This document shows positions 25,201-37,200 of a stretch of 64,000 nucleotides of DNA, piece by piece. The position numbers and the translations under genes are program-made. Every line of letters begins with the position of its first letter. The stretch's first letter is position 1. Source of the stretch: Lytechinus pictus (taxonomy: Eukaryota); contig NC_087252.1 in NCBI RefSeq assembly GCF_037042905.1, positions 26,724,001-26,788,000 on the forward strand. Direction: 5' to 3'. The notes below the pieces were generated by a model. That model was not told the origin of the DNA. It saw only the letters and a list, made by a program, of their open reading frames with translations, and searched no databases.

Positions 25201-28200
25201 ATCGGAAATAAACGAAATTTATAAATAATATGTAACTAGTTGTAAGGAAAGAAGTGTTCCTTTTATTACTAATCGTTTTTTTATATACATATGAACTTGC
25301 TCAGGAAAAGGTTGAATTTCATGAATATACAGGCTCACAGAACCCTGAAGGCAGAGAAGAAGAAACATCATGGCAAGAAAAAGAAGAGGAATTTGACGTC
25401 AACCAAGGAAGCCTGCCCCGTGAATCAGGTTTTATAGGAGTAGAATAATTAGGAAAAATTGTCTTGTAGTACACAACAAGGATTTGTTTGGTATTGAAGC
25501 ATGTGTACTAGTTTGCATGTCATTGAGGATTTCTGGACGTACTTGAATTTGTGATGTTTACAGCACGAAAGATAAAGAGGGAAGACAAAAGATAACTGTG
25601 GATTTTTTCCTTGTAATGCTAGCATGTTACTCAACTAGACCTTTTTATAATTTGATTAAGAAAAAAACACATTGACCCATTTGGGAAATAGATGTTTGAA
25701 AAATTGCCAAAGTTAGAAAAAATTCTTGTTCAAATACGATATCATTTACAATGGATATTTCAGAATGTCCCCCGTCATGGCAGTGTTGAGCGACAATAAT
25801 TTATTACAATTTTGAAGTTAAGGCTTTGCAATAAAGTAGTGCAATATAAATATTTTTGATAATTTTCAGTACCCGATGAAGGAGATGTCGAAACAACCAA
25901 GAAAGAGTGCTGCAAGAGAGTTGGAGCCGATGGTGGTAGACTGCGGCTAGAATCCTTTGGGATTGAACTTGAGATCCCCTCTGGTGCAATCGACATCAAA
26001 GAGCCACAGGAAATCTCTCTTCGTGTTCTGACCGATACTCCTAATCTTGGTGACTCCAAAGACGAGATGTCAGTCTGCTTTGGTGTACAATGCTTAGCTC
26101 CTGATGACTTAATTCTGAGGTCACCGGTGACTTACACATTACCTCATTGCGCTGTTGCAGCACTTTACTCCAGTTTACAGGCAGTCCTATACTCAGGAGA
26201 GGGGAAATACTCGCCACGTAAGAACTTTAACGTGCAAAGCTTATTTTATTATTTTGTCTATCATGGAGGTTATAGATGTCATCCAGATGTTAACTTCGTT
26301 ATGTCTGTAACCCTCCGAAAAAATGACGATGATGACGAGATCTTGCATAATTCATTTCATTTGATTTTCATAAAAATCGCGATGTCTAATGATTAACTAT
26401 CTACAAAATATTCAAAAGTTATGCAAACGAGAAGAAAGTTCAAGGCCACGGCCTCATTGTTTGCCTTATCGAATGATTTTGTGTGTGTGCGCATGACTGT
26501 TACTGTGAAACCATGTGCGAAGTTTCATTAAAGAAAACCTGTTGGCAGAAGTAACCAATATCGTTCATGAAACAAACCCTTACTTCACTTTTGTTAACAT
26601 TTTGATTTACTCTCATAATGACATTGTGTACATTTGGGGCACAAGTTTAATAATAAGTGAACCTTTATTCAATATGGTGGAACTTTAGCAATGTCATTAG
26701 GCAGTAATGTTTATCATCCTATGGGCAGGATTCTGTCCAAACATGAAATCAATTTGCTTAGTTATGGATTAGTGAGCACACATCAAGGAGGGGGGAGGGT
26801 GGCATTTCTTATGGCACAGACTCACTTTGAAGGGTAATAAAGGAATAATGGGAAAGAATTTAGTTTCAAATATGACCTAATTGATGCTGTTTTTTTATCA
26901 TCCATCATTTTTTCGAACATCCATCAACCTTCGCCCAAATTTGTAGTTACACAACTTGAAAAAAGACTCTTCTGGCTTTCAAAAATGGTCACTTTTAATT
27001 CAATCTTTTATTAATCATGCATGACGCAACCCATCAATCTTATTTTTTTCCCACGAGCTACCTAATGAGTGTACAAGAAGAATATAATATCTCCAAATTA
27101 TTCCGTTCAATAGTTACAACATTTTGATTTAGGGGGACTTTGTCTTTGTTCAGTATTTATCACACGACATTATGTGGAGGAGCTCCCTGTTTGTTACGTC
27201 ACAAAATAATAACTTCAACATTATACATTGTTATTTATGTTGATCTTTGAAGAATTTTCATCAAACCCTAACCAACAGTTTTGTTTTATTGTTATTAAAA
27301 CGAATTCACTATCCCTTTAAATGATATCTTTTCGTTGATTCTCTTTCGCAAATATCATGCCCTTCCATCAAAGATTCCATAACCATTTTATCCTTTTTCA
27401 ATATGTATTTGCAGATGCAGTTATCAAAGAACGGAAAGTACTGTCACGGACTGGAATCCCATGTTGCAAAATCAGGAAGGACGTGCTCGAACTCAGGATG
27501 GATCATTTTTCGTGGGCGAAGATTAAGATCATGTTCAAGCACTTCTTCTTTCGCGGAAAAAGGATGTGCTTCGTGCCGTTTAAAGAGAAGAACTTGACCT
27601 TGACAAAGACACCTCTTATCTTACATGCCAACTTTTATGATGATGTGCAAGGGAACAAGGAGGTAAGCTTTATGGTTTCCATGTTTCAATGAAAATACTC
27701 TTTTGATGATCTATCCGGGCACGGTGGCTCAGTGGTTGAGTGTCCGCCTCGTAAACGCCGGTCGTGGGTTCGACCCCCGACCGAGTCATACCAAAGACAT
27801 AAAAAATGATATCTTCTAACTTCTTGCTCATCGCTCAACATATTATGTTATGCATATGGCCCGCCAATAGAGCAGTTTCCTAACTGAAGTGACTTCCCAG
27901 GATAAATGAAATGCAATGAATGAAGCACTACATCTTTTTAAACGGTCATGAAGTGTGATTTTCGCTTCCACTACGCACAACGTATTAAACAAAGAGTAAG
28001 GGTATTGGAAACGCCCGTCACATGTTATTGAACAGCTAAGAAGTTATTGTCGAGAATTGGTGAACAAGAACAGCAGTTTCGTCGTCCAGCTTCCGCGCTG
28101 ACAAACGATTTCGAATGTATCGTTTGTCCAGAGTTCAGGACTAAACTGCTATTTTGATTCACCAATTTTCGACAAAAACTTCTTGGTTGTATATTGTCAT

Positions 28201-31200
28201 GAATGATATTTGACAAAATATTTCGTATGTTATTGAATCCGTTGTGCGTTTTGGAAGCAGGTACTGTCTAATATTGGATAACGAAGAGGGAAATCTTTGC
28301 ATATTATATTATTTGATCTTTGTGTAGCAGTATGATTTTATATTTTGGTGACAGACGGTTAAGAGCGATCAAGAGGAACTAGGATACAAACCGGCTTACG
28401 ATAACGAAGAGGGAAATCTTTGCATATTATATTATTTGATCTTTGTGTAGCAGTATGATTTTATATTTTGGTGACAGACGGTTAAGAGCGATCAAGAGGA
28501 ACTAGGATACAAACCGGCTTATGATGAACAACATGTGCTTATTAAGAAGGCAGAAGTTGATCTTAAGGTGACATATTGTGTGGACGGCAACGAAGAACGA
28601 AGTGCGGTAAGGCCTATTTTACCCTTTTTACACAGGATTTTCTTAGCCCCGGACTATCGCTAACCCCGTACTATCCTTAACCCCGTACTATTTTTTTTTC
28701 CTTTTCACCGTACATGCCAAATTGTTATTGCTAACCCCGGATAAGGAATGCTTGCTTTTCACACACGAAACTCGCTAACCCCGGACTAGTGGTAGCTCAT
28801 TCACTCGTACCCTTTTTACACACGCTAAAATGTCCTTAACCCCGTACCACTAGCGTACCTACGGGGGGGGGGGGGGCAGGGGGGGCGGGCACTCTGCCCC
28901 CCCTGACGAGCCACAACCCATACAAAAGACATATACCTGCCCCCCCTGACGAGCTTAAAAGACCTTTTTTTGCCCCCCTGACGAGCTTGAAGACCTTTAT
29001 TGCCCCCCCCCCCCTGACGAGCTTGAAGACCTTTCAATTTTTTTTTTCTGGTACGAAAACCTTTATTTTTTAATTGAAGACCTTTTTTTTTTTTTTTTTG
29101 CTTGTCAATTTTTTTGGCGGCCGATTTGCCCCCCCCCCACCCCTGTGGAAAATCCTAGGTACGCCACTGCCCCGTACTATAGGTGGGGCTAAATTGCCAT
29201 TTATTGCTAAATTGCCATTTAGCCCCACCTATAGTACGGGGTTAAGCTTAGCCCACTTTCGTTTTACACTAGCGATCTTAACCCCGTACTATCGCTCTTA
29301 GCACCGCAATTGCTGGGATAACCCTGCTTTTTTGCAGGGCCAAATAATCCCGTACTAAAGGTGGGGTTAGCCCACTTTGCAAAAATGCTGTGTAAAAAGA
29401 AAGTGGGCTAAGCTTAACCCCGTACTATAGGTGGGGCTAAATGGCAATTTAGCCCCACCTACAGTACGGGGTTAAGGAAATTTCAGCGTGTGTAAAAAGG
29501 GTATTTGTCTCGCCCACCGAGGCGAGACTTGGGGATCCAAATGTCGTCCGTCCGTCACAAAAATCCCGACTTTTTGCTGTGCAACGCATACGGACTTTAC
29601 GACGTATATTGATTTTGGAAGAGATCTTTGGGCCCCTCGTAAAACACTGTCCTGCAATTAAAGTTGTGTGACATAATATTATTTTTTTTTTCGTTTCGCA
29701 TCTGGAACGGTAACATTCAATTTGCGTTTCGTGTGCAGAATAAAAATTCAAAAGTTGCAAAACATTGAAAGTCACTGTTCTTTTTTCCGTGGTGATGAGT
29801 GAGTTTCTCAGCGGTTTCTTTTGTTTTCATGCACCTTAACATCAACATTAACATGCAATTAAACACACCTTTACACAAGCAAACACATAAGAAACAAACA
29901 AACATGCATGGCAGAGGCGTACCTGGCATATTTCGTCAGGGGGGGGGGGGGCAAGTGACAAGAATGAGCAACGTGGGGGGGGGGGTAGTAGGCATGGACG
30001 TATATAGGCACAATTTTTCAAGGGGGGGCTGATAATAATTGCACAAATATCAACTTCACAGTTTTTAATTTTCGAGCGAGCGAAACGAGCAAACATTTTT
30101 TAAATTAGTATTTTGCCTGTTTACATGATGTGAAACGTGCAGAAATTATACATTCGGTTATAAAATTACCAATACACGAGGATAGTTGGGCACCTCGCAG
30201 TCCTCATTGCCCTGCATTTTGCAGCCCACCCCCCATACACGTTTGGATGTGTAGGTCTGGCAGTGGCACTGAAGATGGGAAAGGTTACCCAGGGTGCTCA
30301 ACAGTTTGGATCTTGCTTCTACTGATATTTGCTATCGGGCGATTGCACTTTATTGTCGAAATTAATTCTTTTTTGTATATCATTACAGGAATGAAATGTT
30401 TTGGATCGTGATCGATATATTTCTAATCAAGTGCTAATTGTAATGCTTATGTAAACATACTTCTTTTATTCCTCTTTGAATGTGTTTACATTATGTTCCC
30501 AATTCTGCTGATTTGGAGACGTTATAAAAAAGGTATTTGACATTGAAATCAGTTAAAAATAATAATATAAAAATAATCATTGCGAGCGCGAAGCGCAAGC
30601 TGCTTTTTTTTTAAATAAAGACCTAAAACTAAACATTTTGTGCCCTTAATTATTAATACGATGGGTATCTACCTTAGTAAATCATGCGAGCGCAGAAGCG
30701 CGAGCTAAACAAATTGATATTCCTAACTGGACACTTGACATTCTAAGTAGTTTTACATGATGGGTATCTAAACAGTCGTGCGGGCGCGAAGCGTGAGCTA
30801 AATCTTTTGATATTCCGACTTAAGAACTTGATATTCTAAGCACTTTTAGAAACCATAAACAAATTGGTTTCTAACTGAATAATTAATAGATGCGAGCTGA
30901 AAATTTGAGATATTCCCCCTGAAAAGTGGGCATTCTAAGCACCTTTTTTTTTCTTTTTTTTAAACTGTGAACAAGATGGTAGTTAAAAACAATTTATTGG
31001 TGTGAGCGCGAAGCGCGAGCTGAATTTTTTTGATATTTCGACCTGAAAACTTTACATTCTGAGCACTTCATCTAAAGGTCAAGTCCACCTCGTAAAAATG
31101 TTGTTTCGAATCAATAGAGAAAAATTAGACAAGCATTATGCTGAAAATTTCATCAAAATCGGATGCAAAACAAAAAAGTTATGACATTTTAAAGTTTCGC

Positions 31201-34200
31201 TTATATTTCACAAAATATTTATATGCACAATTTAGTCACATGCAAACGAGAGAATCAATGATGCCCCTCACTCACTATTTCTTTTTGTTTTTCATTGTTC
31301 GAATTATACATTATTTCAATTTTTGCGAATTTGACAATAAGGACCAACTTGACTGAACCATAAATGTTAAGCAATGGTAATTCATTATGTTCAGGGAGAA
31401 ATTCATATTTCATATAATAAAATACAAAAGAATTAGTGAGTGAGTGATGTCATCAGTTCCCTCATTTGCATACCGACCGGGATGTGCATATAACTTTTTT
31501 GTGAAATTAAGCGCAACTTTAAAATATCATAACTTTCATATTTTACATCCGATTTTGATGAATTTTTCATTGTTATGCTTGTTGGATTTTTCACTTTTTA
31601 TTCATATCAAAATTGTGTTGGGGTAGACTTGTCCTTTAATTATGAACAGGATGGAATTTTATGCGTTTGCGAAGCTAGAGCTGATTTTGTTTATATTCCG
31701 ACCTGAAAACCGGACATTCTAAACACTTCATCTAACTATGAACAGGATGGAGATACCTAAACAGTTATATGTGAGCACGTAGTGCAAGCTGAAATTTTTG
31801 ATATTCCGGCATAAGAACTGGATATTATAAGCACTTTTTGTAACCGTGAACAAATTGGTTTCTAACTAATCAATTGACGCGAGCGCGAAGTGCGAGCTGA
31901 AATTTTTTGATATTTTGACGTGAAAACTAGACATTAAGTTTTATCTTATGCATCCAGCTAAAACCTTGATGAGATCACGTAGCGCGAGCGAATTTTTTAT
32001 TGTTATAATTATATTACGTAAAAGTTGTTCTCTACCCTTTTTCTGTCCCTAGTCAGCCTAGTCCGTCTGTACTTATCGGTACAGAGAGCTCTAAAAGTCG
32101 CTTTGCGTAAAATTCACAATTCACCGATAAAACTGTAAAGCTTAAATGACATATACGTACAAAGATGGTGGAACTAAAAAAAACCCGAATCAGTTGGAAC
32201 AGCCCCTTGTGCCCGACAGTTTATCACAGTCTGCAGTTCAGTTTTTGTTTTCCCCTTTCTCTTAAACTGTTTCTTCTTTTTTCCCTTCCCTCCTTTTTTC
32301 TCTCTTTGGTTCTTCCGCTTTTCTTTTTTGCTTTCCTTTTTACGTTTCTTTTATTTTTTGCTTGTGACTCGTCAGGGGGGACTGTCTGCCCGCCCTGCCC
32401 CCCTTGGAATATTTTCCCAAACTCTTGGAATATTCTGGTATTCCATTCTGAGCCATCCAATATAATATAAATATTTGGTTTCTTAAGGCCTGTCCCACTG
32501 GCCGATGGACAGAAAACGTATGGATAAGGGAGTAAGGGACGAACTGACTGAGCAATACATGTACTTCGGGGTGGCTCTATACGTTCTCATAATAATAGGC
32601 TATTTTTATATAGTGCTTTTCCCAGAACGACCCAAACCGCTTTGCATCTTATCATTATCCCGATCATTGGATTCATTGCAATCCCGCACGAGATGTGCGC
32701 ATTTTCCACTTCCCTGGGAGCATTCCTTGCATTATTCGCAGCTTCATATTGGCGCTGGCGAATTCAAACATACGGTACAATCAAGGAAGCTCCTTGGTAC
32801 AATAACTTTCGCATCCTACCGGGTACCCATTTAGCACCTGGGTCGAGAGTGGCAAAGTGTGGCTTGACGCCTTGCCAAAGGTCGCTACACCGCGGTGGGA
32901 TTCGAACACACGACCCTCTGTTTACAAAGCGAGAGTCAGAATCACTAAACCACGGCTCTTCATTGACCCGTGATTGTAATAACTTAGCTTGTTGATGATA
33001 CCCATGCCCCTTTCTTAACCAAATAGCTTACATAAACACAAATTGAAAATAATTTAAACTATAATAATAACAGTGGTAGTGATTTTTTGTTTATGCAGAT
33101 CATTTCTTTCTGTAGACTAATACACGGACCCAAGATTTGTGAACCCGTCAAATTTGATGTCCCAAAACAGCCAGATAATGTTCAAATATCCATGAGAGCC
33201 GGACAAACCAAGGAACTGGAGGTCAATTGTTCATTCAGGTTGGATTTCCCAATTCCTCGTAGAAAAGAGAACGTTCCTCCACAAGGTAATTATCTGAGTA
33301 TGAATTGTTCAACCCATACCATGTCAACATGCGTACAGACCCGGTTATAGTGTATACACTACTAGTCAACATGTATATCTTTTGAGGAATGGATAATGGC
33401 AACATTTCGGCTCGGTTTTTACTACTATTATGCTTGATATGAGTTTAGTGGAGCGGCGTAACAGTGGTCGGTGGCCAGGGGGGGGGGGGATGGGGGTTGG
33501 GGGCAAGAGCAAAAAAAATCCCGGGCATATCATGGTATGAACAGGCGTAATGGTGTAATGAGGCGACGATTTTGAGAGGGCCAGATATTGCGTATCGGGC
33601 AGAATTTATCTTAAAAATGTTGCGAGTGAGCGAAGCAAGCGATCAAAAATTTTGATACAAAAATTCCATGTTGTGATAGATTTATACATGGTATCCAGAG
33701 AATAATATATATCACTCTTCTCTCTTTCCATTCCTTATTTTTTGTGGTCTGTACGCCACTGTGAACATGGTTCTTTGCGGCAGTGGCGTGAATAGTACAA
33801 AAGAAACGAGGGGCGCAGTATGGCGCATGTGCTAAAAAGCTGCTTAATATACAGTAAGATCTGCGCGAGCGAAGCGAGCAAGAAAAAAATCACCTTTTCA
33901 TGAGAATCTGACTTTGAGATATTTTTTGACACTATATTCAGTAAATAGAATCATATCCTAAACTTTTCATTTGCTTTTCTTTCCTCCTTTTTTGCACTTG
34001 GTTGTAGAACTTTTGGGGCCATGGCCCAACCAAAAAGCGCAACCATTATACGGCAGTGCAATGCGGTTGGCGTCTTGGTATCAAAGCCATTTAAACCTCG
34101 CAGATTGCCGCTATTTTTAATCAAATCGCGGGTATGTACAAAATATACATCTTTAAACAATACATTTATTCAACCCTATTGCGTACTGAACAAAATGTTT

Positions 34201-37200
34201 TGAGGGGGCAAAACATAGCAATGTGGGAAAATTTGTAACGAGTCGCCAGTGTGCAAAGCGAGCTGCAAAAAAGTGCCAATTGAAATTAAATTCTAATTAT
34301 GTGATAAATTTTCCTTTTCATTGTTTCCATTAAGTTCATCATACGTTGTCTCCTCTAATTTCTTTTATTTCATATTGGGTGTGGAACCAATACCCCCTCC
34401 CTACAGGGGGGGGGGGGGCGTTATAGAGCCATTTGAAGGTTATAGATGAAGAGCCCCTACTGCGTGAAGTCTGTTGCAAAGCCCCGGTTGCTTATTTGCA
34501 TAAAATTTAGCAAACTTATAGCACAATGTTGTATGTTGTCTATCTATCTTACCGCTCTTTACTTTCGATCCTCGGCAGCCCGGTCGTGTTATTACTTTTT
34601 TCTCGTCCCTTTTCTTTGTTATTACATTCGTTTCCCGCTATTGTTTGCCACTTTGTCATCTTTTAATTAATATTCCACCGTGCTATTACATGACATAGGC
34701 CTATTACAGAATAAATTGTTCTTTCTCAAATGTTTATCTTTCGTTCCTTTTCCAGCTTTCCTTCCTTTTTCATTAAATATATATTTTTTTCCTCGTTTTC
34801 TATTCACTTTTCCCTTTCCTTCCCATTTCCCTTTCTTTCTTTCTCCCTCCCTTTTATCTTTTCTCCGTTTTTTTATTCCCCAGGTGAAATCCGCCAGGGG
34901 GGGGGGGGGACATCTTCCCCCCGCCTGTTACGCCATCGGTTCAGTGTTAGACATGGTAGATCAATTGCAGATCACACTTTCATAATTTAAAGGCTTAACT
35001 TATTAGGTATCAAGGGAAGACCGCCCTCGATTGCTTTATTTCATGTATATCTGAATGATCTCAATATGTAGGCCATCTGATTTCCGGCTTAACTACTCGG
35101 AAGTTTGGCACACCCACGGTTCCGTAGGATGCCCACTTCTCCTTCCCATCTAAACTCCTCAAAAAAGTTTGGAAATCTGACTTTGATCGACAATCCGTCC
35201 TCGGTTTTAGTGAATATTAATTTGTGATTGATAATAATGAATAAACCATTTAATTGTCTTAAAATTATAGTTACACTTCGTAATTACGAAGATTCGTTAT
35301 TTCGAAGTTTCGTAATTCCGAAAAACGTAAATTGCCTATATCTCGATGTTCGTTAATCCGAAAACGAAATAAGGTTCGTTGTTCCAAACGTTCGATAACC
35401 AAAAAACGAAATAAAGTTTGTTGCTCCGAAGGTTCGATAATCCGAAAACGAAATAAGGTTCGTTGTTCCGAAGGTTTGTTAATCCGAAATCGAAATAAGG
35501 TTCGTTATTACGAAGGTTCGTTCATCCGAAAACAAAATAAGGTTCATTGTTCCGAAGGTACGATAATCCGAAAACAAAATAAGGTTCCTTATTCCTAAGG
35601 TTCGTTAATCCGAAAAATGAAATAATCGGTGGCGTAGCCGGGAGAACCGGAATGGGAAGCAAAATGAAGGGGGCGGAGCAAAGTAGAATCAAGTAGAGCA
35701 AAATATTTTTGAAGTGATTTCTGATTATGGTAAGATATATATTTAGGCTTTATTTTTCGTGAGTAAGTGCAACGGGCGAGCGGGTCGGAAAAATTTTCAA
35801 ATCTGATGTAAAACCCGTTTTTTGGGGGGTCAAATACTATTAAACGGGCATGCTTGGGAGCTGTTACGAGTGTGAATCGCAAGCTCAAAATTTTGGAGAT
35901 GTCAATAAGAAATATAAAAAAATATTCTGAGCAGTAATTCCAATCATTAAAGGGGAATCCAACCCAAATAAAAACTTGCTTTTATAAGAAAAAGAAAAGT
36001 CAGACAAGTTGATTGGTGAAAGTTTGAACAATATTGGACAAACAACAAGAAAGTTACGAATTTTTCAAAGTTGTAAATATTGGAAATCACTATACTCATG
36101 GAGACTTCAAATTGGCCGCATATGGGATGTCAGTGATGTAAGGCAAGGACTACTCTTCCATGTACTCCACTACATATTATGGCTAAAATGTCATTTTTCC
36201 TCAAAGTTTTATTTCAAATTATATTTTTCTTTCACTAGGACATTAAACAATATACTACCTGGGTTATATTTAGATTACTGCCCCAGGGGAATGGGTACTT
36301 AGGAGAAAACCACAAATCCCTGATAGTAAAGTACATGGCCTATGGGAAAGTTGTCCTTGCCCCTTGTCATAATTCACTTACCGAGTTGCCAATTTGAAAT
36401 CTACATACTATTAGTGATCCCACTTTTAAAGCAGCTATAACTTTCTTATTTCTTGTCCGATTTCTTTCAAATTTTCACCATTCTGTTTAATTTATTTTTC
36501 TCCTTCCCAGCACAACATTTTATGGCCAAGGCTGGATTCCCCTTTAAACAGTTGTGCATCTAACTGAAGAATTAACACGAGTGCGAAGTATGAGCTGAAG
36601 TATATTGACCAGAAAAGGAACTATTTAAGGACTGTGTTTAGTGACTCATGAATAGGATATATGCATGTAAGCGCGAGCTAAATAGATATTTCAGCCTGAA
36701 AAATTGATATTCTAAGTCTTTTTATAACCAATAGCGGCGAGTACCTTACTAAACTAATAACAATAGCCAAACAAATTTTGGATTTTCTAATCTGAAATAT
36801 ATACTTTAAGAAGGGTAACGAACCTGTGGATTAACGAACCTCATTTCGTTTCCGGACTAACGAACCTTCGGAATTACGAACTTCATTTCGTTTTCGGACT
36901 AATCAACCTTCGGAATTACGAACCCTATTTCGTTTTTGGACTAACGAACCTTCGAAATTACGGACCTGATTTTATTTTCGGACTAACGAACCTTCGGAAT
37001 TACGCACCTTATTCCGTTTTCGGACTAACGAACCTTCGGAATTACGAACCTTATTCGTGTTCGGAATAACGAACCCTCGGAATATTCGAACCTTCGGAAT
37101 AACGAAGCGTTGGAATTACGAATGTATGCGAAAATTATACTCTACATGATATGATTATGATTCACATAGAGTGCAGTGCCTTGAAATGTGAGGCATTCAA

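Noticed and set aside
25305..25332. Alternative acceptor ctcAG at 25304 for exon 6
   Set aside because: It is phase 0 whereas the upstream exon ends in phase 1, so it would frameshift.
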